A stretch of 54,153 bases of DNA, taken from assembly GCA_031549365.1 (NCBI GenBank), contig JAVBPX010000006.1, positions 1 through 54,153 on the forward strand. The letters are read 5' to 3'. Positions 9,896 through 19,896 of this stretch are shown here, one piece after another; within the stretch, counting starts at the first letter, position 1; each line of letters starts with the position of its first letter. The translations under genes and the position numbers were made by a program. This stretch comes from Alphaproteobacteria bacterium. GTDB taxonomy: Bacteria > Pseudomonadota > Alphaproteobacteria > Rs-D84. A model generated the notes under the pieces. It had not been told where the DNA came from. It did not search any database and worked only from the letters and a program-made list of their open reading frames with translations.

Positions 9896-10228
9896 ATGGG
9901 AAAAACGTATACTGCGGTGGAATTGCAAAATAGTGTAAATGCCCGATTGGGTTTGGTTCATGATATGCAAAAAGCCTTTGATGTATTGACTATGAATCGT
10001 GAAATTGCCATGCAAAATGAAATGTCGGGCGAAGAAGATAGTTTTGATTCAAACGTTATGCCAAAAAATAAAACGTTGAGATTGCGTTCGCGCAATTCTG
10101 CTCGTAAAAATAATTGGTTTAATAAAGTGTTGGTTTTGATTGCTGTTAAAAACAAAAAATATTTTGTTGAAAGCGACAAAAAATTAGATCATTTGGAAAG
10201 AATTCAGAGAGCCAAAGGTTCAAGATAG
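9896..10228 (+). CDS. Hypothetical protein
   Basis: ATG 9896 with AAGGA SD, upstream TTGACA..TATGAT promoter, downstream terminator at ~10255-10282. Confidence 0.7.
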   Translation: MGKTYTAVELQNSVNARLGLVHDMQKAFDVLTMNREIAMQNEMSGEEDSFDSNVMPKNKTLRLRSRNSARKNNWFNKVLVLIAVKNKKYFVESDKKLDHLERIQRAKGSR

Positions 10229-10320
10229 TTTTGTCACAAGTTAGAGTTTGAAATGTTCCCCGGGAAACCGGGGGCATTTTTTATTGTGTGCAACAAAAAA
10301 TGGCGGAATGTTTTATTTTA

Positions 10321-10453
10321 CCCCTCTCTACAAATTTTGCAAATCGGAGATTTGAGAATTTGTTGCCTCTCCCCAACGGGGCGAGGCGGGTAATATTGTA
10401 ATGATCAGATCTGCACTTGGTTTCCCTCCTTTGTTAAAACTACGGTGGACAGG
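10321..10453. repeat. Composite REP cluster (CCCCTCTC family copy 2 plus CCTCCTTTGTTAAAACTACGGTGGACAGG)
   Basis: Matches 74-170 architecture; second short palindrome at 10425-10453. Confidence 0.6.
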
Positions 10454-10627
10454 TAGGATGGCCAGGTATTAATATTTGGCGTATTCGTGGGGCGAGGGAA
10501 TGGTAATTATAGAATTAGTGCAATTTTTTGTTTGGTTTTTGATGCCGATATTTATTTTTTTATTTGGAGATTATTGAATGGTTCGAGATGTGCCCTATGT
10601 TATGTGCGAGGACCAAAGGAGACAAGT

Positions 10628-10966
10628 ATGAAAAAAATTGTTGTTGCAAAGCCAAAAGAAGGGTTGGTTTTATTTGTTAAAAGATTGATGGTTAAATTTA
10701 GTGCAAAGAAAGAACCTGTTTATGGTTCATTTGATGGGGCATGTGTCGAAGTATTGGCCCAGAATAAAGTGAAAATTTGTGCGTATGAAAATGAAACCAT
10801 TTTGGATTATATTAAACGCGTGGTCAGTATTTCAAACATGTGTCAGGTGGGCGTTTCGGCCATGCACAGTGGTGTGAAATTTGTTGTTTCAAAAACAATG
10901 AATATGCAGGAAGCATTGCGCAGTTTTAACAGGACCAGGGACGGGATTGTTTCCGCTGGCCGATAA
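10628..10966 (+). CDS. Hypothetical protein (paralogue of next gene)
   Basis: ATG 10628 with AAGGAG SD; shares the SGV(K/R)FVVS motif with 11023-11277. Confidence 0.7.
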   Translation: MKKIVVAKPKEGLVLFVKRLMVKFSAKKEPVYGSFDGACVEVLAQNKVKICAYENETILDYIKRVVSISNMCQVGVSAMHSGVKFVVSKTMNMQEALRSFNRTRDGIVSAGR

Positions 10967-11022
10967 TTATTGACATCAGAATAAATTGTGGTACCGTATT
11001 AATGCAACCAAGAGGTTTGCAG

Positions 11023-11277
11023 ATGGTTCATGAAGCAATAGAGTTTAAGTGTCCGCGCGCTGGGTTAATGCCCATGGATGTTATAATTTTGATGTTATGT
11101 CGTGCGAATGATATGCGGTCTGATGTTATTGCCAATATTTCGGGTGTGCGGTTTGTTGTGTCGTGCGGCATGACCGCAAAACAAGCAATGGATATGTATC
11201 AATTGGAAGCATTTTATTCAATGGGTGCGATTACTCTGGATGAATATGTGAAAAGGAAGAAAAATTACGGCAGATAG
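11023..11277 (+). CDS. Hypothetical protein
   Basis: ATG 11023 after GAGG (alternative start 11002); own TTGACA promoter; terminator at 11301-11327. Confidence 0.65.
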   Translation: MVHEAIEFKCPRAGLMPMDVIILMLCRANDMRSDVIANISGVRFVVSCGMTAKQAMDMYQLEAFYSMGAITLDEYVKRKKNYGR

Positions 11278-11383
11278 TTTGGCATTTTGTGAAAAGTTTA
11301 ATCCCCGCGGGTGCGGGGATTTTTTTGTTGCAATGATTGCTTTGATGTCTTGACATCCGGCAATGGCAATTTGTTGCCTTTTG

Positions 11384-12655
11384 TTATTTGGCGGGGGTGA
11401 GGGTTTCCAAACCGCCCAAATATGGTCGTAAAATTTCAGGAACGGTTACCGATCCGTCGGCATTTTGGTAGTTTTCCAAAATGTTGGCCAGTATTCGAGG
11501 TGTCGCTACCGCAGTATTATTCAAAGTATGACAGAATTTAACGTCATTTGATCCATTTTCTCGGTAACGCAAATCCGCACGGCGGGATTGGTATTCGTGG
11601 AATGTCGAACAGCTGTGGGTTTCGCGGAATGTGTTTTGTGATGGTAACCAGGTGTTGACGTCGTTCATGCGGACCTTGCCTTGGCCCATGTCGCCAGTGC
11701 AGCAATCAACAACCTGGTAATGTAAATTTAAATCGTCCAGGATTTCCATTGTAATGTTCAACAATGCTGTGTGCCATTTGCGTGATTCATCCGGGTCGTT
11801 TTTACAGATTACAAACTGTTCGACCTTCATAAATTGGTGAACGCGGATAAGGCCACGGACGTCACGGCCGTAGGAGCCGGCTTCGCGTCGGAAACAGGGC
11901 GAAAATCCAGCGTATAAAATTGGTAATTGGTTTTCGGTTAACATTTGGCCGCTGTGTAATGATGTTAATGCAACCTCGGCCGTGCCGGCCAGGTATAAAT
12001 CATCATTTGGCAATTGATATATTTCATCGCGGGAACCCGGAAACATGCCGGTGCCGTATAATGCCCCCTCGCGGACCATGGATGGGACTGTAATTGGCGT
12101 GAATCCGTGTTTATTCAATTTGTCCATAGCAAACATCCATAACGCCATTTCCAATCGGGCAACATCGCCACGCAATGCGTATGCACGGGATCCGGATACG
12201 TTGGCGGCGCCTGTAAAATCGGCCCAGTTGTTTTTTTCCAATAATTGGATGTGATCCAGTGGTTCAAATTTAAATTCTGGTTTTTTCCCAACAGTTTTAA
12301 TTACAATATTGTCATGTTCATCATTTCCCAATGGCGCGTCGTCGGCCGGGATGTTTGGAACAGAATACATTATATCCATGAATGTTTGTTCCAATTCACG
12401 CAATTTATTTTCAGATTCAACAACAGCATCGCCAATTTTTTTGGATTCAGCGATTAATGGGGCGCGGTCGGTGGCCGTCGGTATTGATTTGGAAATACGG
12501 TTTTTTTCCGCGATTTGGTTTTGAATTTCAGTTTTTAATGCGCGGATTTGTTCATCAATTTTCAGTAAATTATCAATATCAACGTTCATTTTTTTAACGC
12601 GTATTGCGTTTTTTATGATTTCTGGATTTTCGCGAATGAATTTAATGTCCAACAT
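11384..12655 (-). CDS. serS: Serine--tRNA ligase
   Basis: MLDIKFIREN, N-terminal coiled coil, GTAE, FRREAG, RVHQF, HTLNNT. Confidence 0.97.
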   Translation of the reverse strand: MLDIKFIRENPEIIKNAIRVKKMNVDIDNLLKIDEQIRALKTEIQNQIAEKNRISKSIPTATDRAPLIAESKKIGDAVVESENKLRELEQTFMDIMYSVPNIPADDAPLGNDEHDNIVIKTVGKKPEFKFEPLDHIQLLEKNNWADFTGAANVSGSRAYALRGDVARLEMALWMFAMDKLNKHGFTPITVPSMVREGALYGTGMFPGSRDEIYQLPNDDLYLAGTAEVALTSLHSGQMLTENQLPILYAGFSPCFRREAGSYGRDVRGLIRVHQFMKVEQFVICKNDPDESRKWHTALLNITMEILDDLNLHYQVVDCCTGDMGQGKVRMNDVNTWLPSQNTFRETHSCSTFHEYQSRRADLRYRENGSNDVKFCHTLNNTAVATPRILANILENYQNADGSVTVPEILRPYLGGLETLTPAK

Positions 12656-12843
12656 AGATTTTCCCCATGGTTAATGTGCCGATAATATTACTTTTTTTCA
12701 TGTTTTGCAACAGAAAATAGGGGTTTTTTGTTTTATCATGGGATTTAACAAAAAAAGTGGGCTGGTTTTGTAAATAATGCTTGACTTCCGTGGGCGATTG
12801 GTATATTTTAGGTGGGCTTATAACGAACAACAGGTGTATTAAA

Positions 12844-13143
12844 ATGACATTCGCAGTTATTCAAACCGGAGGAAAACAATACCGTGTCCAAAAGGGAGAC
12901 GTGATTCTGGTGGAAAAATTAGATGCTGATAAAAGCGTTGAATTCAATGACGTTTTGATGGTTGGCGACAAAGTTGGTAACCCAACTGTTAAGGGCGCAT
13001 CAGTCAAAGCAGACGTAGTTGAGCAAACACGCGGCGACAAAATTATCATTTTCAAGAAAAAACGTCGTCATAATTATCGCAGAACACAAGGTCATAAACA
13101 ACATTTGACCGTTTTGAAAATTACCGACATCGTTGGCGCATAA
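12844..13143 (+). CDS. rplU: 50S ribosomal protein L21
   Basis: [15 protein letters not shown]...[16 protein letters not shown]; start ATG 12844. Confidence 0.97.
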   Translation: MTFAVIQTGGKQYRVQKGDVILVEKLDADKSVEFNDVLMVGDKVGNPTVKGASVKADVVEQTRGDKIIIFKKKRRHNYRRTQGHKQHLTVLKITDIVGA

Positions 13144-13155
13144 TAGGAGAAGATA

Positions 13156-13419
13156 ATGGCAACAAAGAAAGCTGGTGGATCAGTTAATAATAATAGAGAT
13201 AGTGCCGGGCGCCGTTTAGGTGTTAAAAAATACGGCGGTCAAAATGTTATCCCAGGTAACATCATTGTTCGTCAACGTGGAACAAAAGTTCACCCAGGTA
13301 CACATGTTGATATGGGAAAAGACCACACAATCTTTGCGACAGTTGAAGGCAAGGTTGAGTTTAAGAAGGGCAAGAATAATAGGGCGACTGTGTCCGTTGT
13401 TCCAGCAACAAAACATTAA
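13156..13419 (+). CDS. rpmA: 50S ribosomal protein L27
   Basis: [31 protein letters not shown]. Confidence 0.97.
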   Translation: MATKKAGGSVNNNRDSAGRRLGVKKYGGQNVIPGNIIVRQRGTKVHPGTHVDMGKDHTIFATVEGKVEFKKGKNNRATVSVVPATKH

Positions 13420-13941
13420 AACACATGAAAACGGCCATCTAGGCCGTTTTCTTTTTCAAAATCCTCGGTTACGTACGTCTATGTACGCGCCCTTCGGCTG
13501 TTGAAAAACAAAACGTCTATATGACTCGTTTTGCTGTGTTTTAGAAAAAAGAAGGGCGCATCATTTGGATGCGTTTTTAATTTTCTCGGGGGTATCTCGG
13601 GTGTCTATACCCGCTCAACCCCTCGAAAATAAAATAACCCACCCACTATACTTGTTTCGACTATGCCTATCTGAATTGGTGCTTGGGTCGTTTGCCCGTC
13701 GGTAACGACCGGGAATTCATAAATTTTTATCATTGCCATTCAAAAATTAATTCATTCCGGGGTCGGTGTGATTAATTTTATTAATATTTGGTGCCTCGCG
13801 TTATGGCGCGTTTTTTCATTTTTTGCGGGGTTACGTACGTCTATGTACGCGCCTTTCGGCTGTTGAAAAACAAAACGTCTATATGACTCGTTTTGCTGTG
13901 TTTTAGAAAAAAAGAAGGGCGCATCATTTGGATGCGTTTTT
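13418..13941 (+). repeat. Cluster of three RPE1-like palindromic elements plus a second repeat family
   Basis: Elements at ~13418-13542, ~13556-13655 and ~13795-13903; ~112 bp direct repeat 13467-13578 vs 13829-13941; 13655-13767 is an inverted copy of 30017-30130. Confidence 0.8.
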
Positions 13942-13964
13942 TAATAGTCTTATGTTGCGGGTGT

Positions 13965-14675
13965 TTATCTGGTGGAGCGGAGCAATTTTGCGAATTGGGA
14001 TTCGATGAATTTCAGTTGCGATTTAGTCCAGTCAAATTTGTCCAGTTTTTTGTTTGTAAAATAATTGTGTGCGTCTTCGACAGCCGGGGGTTTTAATTGC
14101 CCGTCGGTTAATTTTTCAGCACCCATTGCGCAATAATCATCAATCATTTCCAGCATAGAAAGTTTTGGCATCAACCATATATATTCCCAAAATTCAGGAT
14201 GATGAGAATTTATTAATTTATGTCGTTTTTCCAGAGATTCCCCAATGTGATCCAGGCTGTTTTTCCAATATTCAGTATGGTATTGATTTGCATCAAAGGG
14301 TTTTCCCGTATGATCAACAATGATGTTTTCGTTTGGTTTAAAATTAGAGTCCGGGTTCCGCATCCAGGAATACATGGACCATGCGGCGATTTCTTTGGGC
14401 CCGGACGAGAATTTATCAAAATCGTGGAGCGGGAATGAAACACCAGAAATTTCTGCAAATTGGTTTACCAGATATCTGTGGTACATCGTCCGACGTATAA
14501 AGTATCCCAGGTATACGTCGTTGGTATAAAATTCATTTAATTTTTCGTTTTGTAAAAGATTGCCGGAATAAACATATGTGCGGTCGAGGCATCGATTGGG
14601 ACGAACTCGATGATTTGGTCGTATGATTTTAGTATTCAGAGTTTCGAAAAAAGTATAACCAAAATTCAATCCCAT
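13965..14675 (-). CDS. HD-like (DUF5662-like) protein
   Basis: H..LV, HDFDKF, HK..NSHHPE, EMIDDYCAMG motifs. Confidence 0.6.
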   Translation of the reverse strand: MGLNFGYTFFETLNTKIIRPNHRVRPNRCLDRTYVYSGNLLQNEKLNEFYTNDVYLGYFIRRTMYHRYLVNQFAEISGVSFPLHDFDKFSSGPKEIAAWSMYSWMRNPDSNFKPNENIIVDHTGKPFDANQYHTEYWKNSLDHIGESLEKRHKLINSHHPEFWEYIWLMPKLSMLEMIDDYCAMGAEKLTDGQLKPPAVEDAHNYFTNKKLDKFDWTKSQLKFIESQFAKLLRSTR

Positions 14676-14882
14676 GATGGAATTCCTCGCTTTTGTTTAT
14701 TCTCTCGTTTCCCTGTGGGTTGGAATATACCATGTTTTTATATAAATGCAAGGTAGTTTTTATTTATGGTTTGGTGTAAATTTGGCTGGCTTTGGGTTTG
14801 GGTTTTGTATAGAATGGTTGTAATAATTGCCTTTGGGGATTGGTCCCGAGCAATGACAGTAATATAAAACAAAGGGAAAAAT

Positions 14883-15302
14883 ATGAATAAATTTAATTTG
14901 GTTTTGGCGGCAACATTGGCATTAACAGTTGCTGGTTGCGACAAAGCGGGTAATTATATCAGCGTTTTGGATAACGAAGGTGTAAAGAGTGCGATAAGCA
15001 TTGCTGATACTGCGGTTAATAACAAAAAAGAAGATGGGTCAATTGATTATATGGCTGTTTTGACCAAATTGTTGGGCAATACAAATGTGTCCGCAGAAAA
15101 GGCTGTGCAGGATGGGGCTCTGGCATCCATTACCAAGAGCATAAACAAACAATATTCAACAAGTTATACAGATGAGCAGGTTAAGCAAATTTATGAAATT
15201 GCAAAGGCCGAGGATATTGATTTTGCGACTGTGGCAAAAGAAGCTGCAATTAGCAAAGCAGGTGCAATTATTTTTAGTGGAACAGAAAAAGCGGCGGAAT
15301 AA
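14883..15302 (+). CDS. Lipoprotein of unknown function
   Basis: Lipobox VAGC; terminator at 15322-15347. Confidence 0.75.
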   Translation: MNKFNLVLAATLALTVAGCDKAGNYISVLDNEGVKSAISIADTAVNNKKEDGSIDYMAVLTKLLGNTNVSAEKAVQDGALASITKSINKQYSTSYTDEQVKQIYEIAKAEDIDFATVAKEAAISKAGAIIFSGTEKAAE

Positions 15303-15535
15303 ATTTGTTCTGATTATTTTGTCCCCGCGGTTGCGGGGGCATTTTTTATTTTTTAAAATGAATGTTTGATTAGGTAACAATCTGTATTGCGGGGAATATG
15401 GCTATGGCGTGACAGTTGTTGAATGAGCTCTTTTATTTGAGTTTAAGAAATCGTAGCTGTGGAATATAAAAGGATATTGTTTTTGTTGACAGAATTTGAA
15501 ATGTGGGGTAGTATTACAGTACGTTAAGGATCCAT

Positions 15536-16015
15536 ATGAAAAAGACAGAGATTTTATTTAAAAAATTATATTGGTCGGCAATATTACGGTTGAATGCTGA
15601 ATTAATTGCGATTACATTGTCTTTGATTGCAATAGAGAATATGATTTTAATACATGCATATGATAGAGGCGATTGGCAACAACATAGTTTGGGGGTTTTT
15701 GGAGTTTCATTATTTTTATTTTTTTGTTTAATTTCGTTGCAAAGACGGTTTGTTCGTAACAATCGTTTGTTTAAAAAATTATTGGCGGGTAATATTTCGA
15801 ATTCTGATTTGAAAGATTTAATTTCAGGTACATCAAAAAATGCTGCATTGCGCGCTCTGGCTGTAAACAATAAATGTTGTGTAAAGCAAGTTATGGATTT
15901 TTGTAAATTTCATAAAAAGGGAAATGTTCGTGCCGAAATGTTAGGCAATATTAATAAAGAATATTCAAAATCGTTGCAGATTTTAAACGATTGTATAAAA
16001 AATATGGAGAAATAA
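15536..16015 (+). CDS. Hypothetical membrane protein
   Basis: AAGGA SD, two hydrophobic segments. Confidence 0.65.
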   Translation: MKKTEILFKKLYWSAILRLNAELIAITLSLIAIENMILIHAYDRGDWQQHSLGVFGVSLFLFFCLISLQRRFVRNNRLFKKLLAGNISNSDLKDLISGTSKNAALRALAVNNKCCVKQVMDFCKFHKKGNVRAEMLGNINKEYSKSLQILNDCIKNMEK

Positions 16016-16016
16016 A

Positions 16017-16838
16017 ATGGTAAACAATAGCAATGGAAATATGATTGGTGAATTCGATTCTATGGATCGTGAGGATTTATTAGGTGGAAACAAATCTGTG
16101 AATGCTGCGTTTAAAATGTATAGTGACCAAGCGGCAAAAGGTATGCAGAAACGTTTGGACGAGTATAATGCCAAAGTAGATGCAGAAGTTAAGCCGTTTG
16201 AAGTTGATACATGGGATATTAAATTTTGGAAGATTGCGCCATCGACTTGGGTTGCATTAAATGCAACAACGTTACAAAAATTATTTCGTTGGGGATTGGC
16301 TTGTGGAATTTTAGGGGCAGGAGCATATGCAATTCGTGGCGAAGACGTTTCAATATTGCATGATTTATTGAATATGGGTGTGTACGTATCGGGTGGTGTT
16401 ATGATGTTTAATTTTGTTCGATTGCTTTTTAGAGCAAGTCATTTCAAAGAATTGTTGAACAGCGTTTCAATTAAACAAAAAAAGATTTCATCTGATGATT
16501 TGGCGTATTTAATGCAAGAACCAATTGATGTCGAAAATGCATTAAATCAGCATAAAAAAGTTTTAAATAGGCGTATGGATAAATTGTTAAATAAATTTAG
16601 AAAAGAGCAATATCAAAAGGATGTGGCGTTTTCAAAAAAATCATTTCCAAAGGGATATTATTTTGGTGGTGATATCGGATCTGCTTGGTATCAGGACGGC
16701 AGTGCTGTTATGAACCGTGCGATTTTATCAGATGTTATGGATCGCGCCGAAGAGATTATTGAAAATAAGAAGGCGTTGGAGAATTCAAGGTATTATGCGG
16801 CAGTGATCAAAGTAGAGCAAAGCAGGATAATACGGTAG
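16017..16838 (+). CDS. Hypothetical membrane protein
   Basis: GGAG SD, coupled to upstream gene, two TM segments. Confidence 0.7.
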   Translation: MVNNSNGNMIGEFDSMDREDLLGGNKSVNAAFKMYSDQAAKGMQKRLDEYNAKVDAEVKPFEVDTWDIKFWKIAPSTWVALNATTLQKLFRWGLACGILGAGAYAIRGEDVSILHDLLNMGVYVSGGVMMFNFVRLLFRASHFKELLNSVSIKQKKISSDDLAYLMQEPIDVENALNQHKKVLNRRMDKLLNKFRKEQYQKDVAFSKKSFPKGYYFGGDIGSAWYQDGSAVMNRAILSDVMDRAEEIIENKKALENSRYYAAVIKVEQSRIIR

Positions 16839-16869
16839 TTCGTAGATAAGAGTTTTGATTGCAATTATC

Positions 16870-16936
16870 GCCACGGAGTCGTGGTTGCCGAGGGATGACA
16901 AATAAAAAGTTGCTGTCGCAACGTTTCTTTTACTGG
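16870..16936. repeat. Dispersed ~66 bp repeat, copy 2
   Basis: Near-identical to 194-259. Confidence 0.8.
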
Positions 16937-17155
16937 GGCCTGTCGGCTATTTGATCCGGATGACAAAATAATATTGCATTGAAATGGTTTTGTTTGAATG
17001 GATGTTTCCCCGGCCTGTTCAACAAAATATTATATATTGCCACAGTTTTAGCGTTGTGAATTTTTGGTTAATAAAGTAGTTTTTTCGTGCTTCTTGACTT
17101 TTTTATAAAAAGATAGTAATCTGATCCAGCTGATTTAAAAAAAGGAGCAGCTTAT

Positions 17156-17605
17156 ATGTCTCTTAAAAATGGGATAGAAAAATTATCCAAAATGATGGAC
17201 CAAATGGGTTTATCAGAAATTACAGTTGAACAAAGTTTTTTATTTGGTGTTTGGAAAAAAGAAATTCATTTATCAAAAGCGGGGCGTGCCACAGTGGCGA
17301 TGAATCCAGGCGTTGTGTTTGAAGCACCAAAGGCAGCATCGGTTGCAGCGTCAGCACCGGTAGCGGCCCCAGTTAATGCGGTTAATTCTCCAATGGTTGG
17401 TGTTGTTTATTTCGCGCCAGAGCCAGGAGCAAAACCATTTATTACCGAAGGATCATCAGTAAAAGCCGGTGATACATTGTGTTTAATCGAAGCCATGAAG
17501 ACATTTAATCCAGTTAAATCGGATCGTGCCGGCAAGGTTAAATCGATTTTGGTAAAAGATGGGCAAGTGGTTGAATTTGACACTCCGTTAGTCGTAATCG
17601 AATAA
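17156..17605 (+). CDS. accB: Acetyl-CoA carboxylase biotin carboxyl carrier protein
   Basis: SPMVG, EAMK biotinylation motif, Ala/Pro linker. Confidence 0.95.
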   Translation: MSLKNGIEKLSKMMDQMGLSEITVEQSFLFGVWKKEIHLSKAGRATVAMNPGVVFEAPKAASVAASAPVAAPVNAVNSPMVGVVYFAPEPGAKPFITEGSSVKAGDTLCLIEAMKTFNPVKSDRAGKVKSILVKDGQVVEFDTPLVVIE

Positions 17606-17728
17606 AACGTGTGAAAATCAACGCTTGGGCGCGTTTTTAATTTTTTGCCGCGGCACGTACCAATATGTACGCTGGCGCGCGGTCAAAAAATAAAAGAACC
17701 CACCCAATCATTTGATTTTGATGCATTT
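17604..17728 (+). repeat. RPE1-like palindromic element between accB and accC
   Basis: ~50 bp core ttttttgccgcggcacgtaccaatatgtacgctggcgcgcggtcaaaaaat identical to 45198-45249. Confidence 0.8.
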
Positions 17729-17791
17729 GAAAGGTTAGTTTTATAGATTTGAAAGTTAGGTTGCCAGAGTTATCAATAAAAGAGGATTAAG

Positions 17792-19144
17792 ATGGCATTA
17801 TTTAAAAAAGTTTTAGTCGCGAATCGTGGTGAAATTGCGTTGCGCATCATTCGCGCTTGCCGTGATATGGGTATTAAAACAGTGGCTGTATATTCGACCG
17901 CCGATCGTGATGCGACGCATGTTCATTTGGCCGATGAATCGGTTTGTATTGGGCCTGCGCCCAGTAAGGATTCATATTTAAATGAATCTGCGATTTTAAC
18001 GGCGGCATTGTTAACAAATGCAGATGCGATTCATCCTGGGTATGGGTTTTTATCCGAACGCGCAGGATTTGTTGAAAAAGTTGAATTACATAAAATTACT
18101 TGGATTGGTCCAACGGCAGAAATGATTGCCAAAATGGGCGATAAAGTTGAAGCAAAGCGTACTGCTATATCTGTTGGATTGCCTGTTGTGCCGGGTTCGG
18201 ATGGGGCTGTTGATACCCTGGATGATGCATTAAGGGTTGCGAATCAAATTGGTTATCCTGTGATGTTAAAGGCATCAGCTGGTGGTGGCGGTAAAGGTAT
18301 TCGCCCGGTTCAATCTGCGGATCAGATGCCAGAGGTATTTAAATTAACCAAAGCCGAAGCAAGGGCTGGATTTGGTGATGATACGTTATATATTGAAAAA
18401 TTGTTAACTCATCCGCGTCATATTGAATTTCAAGTTTTGGCCGATCAGCATGGCAAAGCCGTTATTTTCGGTGAACGCGATTGTTCTTTGCAGCGTAAAA
18501 ATCAAAAAATTATGGAGGAAGCGCCTGCCGCCATTTTAAGCCAAAAGCAACGCGATGATATGATTGAAGTTTGCAAGGAAGCTGTTAAAAAAATGGGTTA
18601 TACCAATGCGGGAACTTTGGAATTTATGTTCGAAGATGGGAAATTTTATTTCTTGGAAATGAATACGCGTTTACAGGTTGAACATCCTGTTACCGAAATG
18701 GTTTATGGTATTGATTTGGTTCGTGAACAAATTCGTATTGCGGCGGGCGAAAAATTGGGATATTCGCAATCTAATTTGGTTGCCAATGGGCATGCTATTG
18801 AATTTCGAATTAATGCCGAAGATCCGGAAACATTTGTGCCATGTGCCGGAACAATTACACAATACAGCCCCCCTGGTGGATTGGGCGTTCGTGTGGATTC
18901 CGCGGTGTATACTGGGTATAAAATTCCGCCTACATATGACAGCATGGTTGCAAAATTAATTGTTTGGGCGCCAAATAGGCCGCAATGTTTAATGCGCGCA
19001 GCTCGGGCTTTGGATGAATTTGTGGTTGATGGTGTTAAAACAACAATTCCGTTGCAACAAAAATTATTGAAAGTGAGTGATGTTAAAACTTTGCAGTTCG
19101 ATAATGCATGGTTGGAAGCGTGGTTAAAGTCTGAAAAAAAATAA
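17792..19144 (+). CDS. accC: Acetyl-CoA carboxylase biotin carboxylase
   Basis: ANRGEIA, HPGYGFLSE, GGGGKG, EMNTRLQVEHPVTE. Confidence 0.97.
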   Translation: MALFKKVLVANRGEIALRIIRACRDMGIKTVAVYSTADRDATHVHLADESVCIGPAPSKDSYLNESAILTAALLTNADAIHPGYGFLSERAGFVEKVELHKITWIGPTAEMIAKMGDKVEAKRTAISVGLPVVPGSDGAVDTLDDALRVANQIGYPVMLKASAGGGGKGIRPVQSADQMPEVFKLTKAEARAGFGDDTLYIEKLLTHPRHIEFQVLADQHGKAVIFGERDCSLQRKNQKIMEEAPAAILSQKQRDDMIEVCKEAVKKMGYTNAGTLEFMFEDGKFYFLEMNTRLQVEHPVTEMVYGIDLVREQIRIAAGEKLGYSQSNLVANGHAIEFRINAEDPETFVPCAGTITQYSPPGGLGVRVDSAVYTGYKIPPTYDSMVAKLIVWAPNRPQCLMRAARALDEFVVDGVKTTIPLQQKLLKVSDVKTLQFDNAWLEAWLKSEKK

Positions 19145-19199
19145 TTGTGCCTTTGGTTGGCGGATTATTTTTAGGAAAATCGTAGTTTAAAAAATAGTA

Positions 19200-19295
19200 T
19201 TGCTATTTTTTGCGGTTTGTGGTATAATATAGTATGTAATGGACAAGATTTGTCCGATGTTTATTTATCCCGACGGTTTCGTCGGGATTTTTTAA
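19200..19295 (+). promoter_or_regulatory. TTGCT-N-TATAAT promoter and two-hairpin leader of Mtd_N gene 1
   Basis: ttgcta-17-tataat; ggacaa-gat-ttgtcc; tcccgacg-gttt-cgtcggga followed by T6. Confidence 0.6.
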
Positions 19296-19311
19296 TTCAA
19301 AAGGATTTTTA

Positions 19312-19863
19312 ATGGCGAGAGCAATTCAATTAAGGCGCGGTTCCCGCGTCGAACATAAAACATTTATTGGACGTGATGGCGAAATAACAGTTGATACAAC
19401 AAATAAATCATTGGTGGTGCATGATGGCGATATTGCGGGCGGTTATGAACTGGCCCGGGCCGATTTGTCGAATACAGATGTAAATGTCGCATTGAGCAAT
19501 TTGCGCGTGGAAATGAACGCGATGAGGGTCGAGTTGGAGAATAAAATAGTAGAGCCGGCGGATTATGTTGTTGATTATTATCCACGCGAATCGGATATGG
19601 CAAGTTGGGATGGAGTATCAGGATTTAGAAAATATAACAGCGGATATATCGAACAATGGGGCCAGGTTGGCGAAGGATCAACAATAATAGTAAACTTTCT
19701 CTGCCCTATGAGAAATACGGGCTATAACATATCTGTATTTAATGGGGATGGCGGGATATCAGCTAATTACAGATTATCATATTCTGCTATGACTATAACA
19801 TCGGTAAAAATTGTTTCAACAGTATCAACAATTAGTGGAAAGCGTTGGCGTATTGCAGGATAA
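19312..19863 (+). CDS. Phage tail-fibre-like protein 1 (Mtd_N N-terminus, gp53-like C-domain)
   Basis: IQLRRG...GEITVDTT.KSLVVHDG..AGG..LARADLSN; GFRKYNSGYIEQWG. Confidence 0.8.
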   Translation: MARAIQLRRGSRVEHKTFIGRDGEITVDTTNKSLVVHDGDIAGGYELARADLSNTDVNVALSNLRVEMNAMRVELENKIVEPADYVVDYYPRESDMASWDGVSGFRKYNSGYIEQWGQVGEGSTIIVNFLCPMRNTGYNISVFNGDGGISANYRLSYSAMTITSVKIVSTVSTISGKRWRIAG

Positions 19864-19866
19864 ACC

Positions 19867-19892
19867 AATGCCCCAAAATTAATTTGGGGCAT
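19867..19892. terminator. Hairpin between convergent genes
   Basis: aatgccccaaa-attaa-tttggggcatt. Confidence 0.6.
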
Positions 19893-19896
19893 TATG

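Noticed and set aside
13418-13941. CRISPR array
   Set aside because: Repeats are over 100 bp, irregularly spaced and dispersed; no cas genes.
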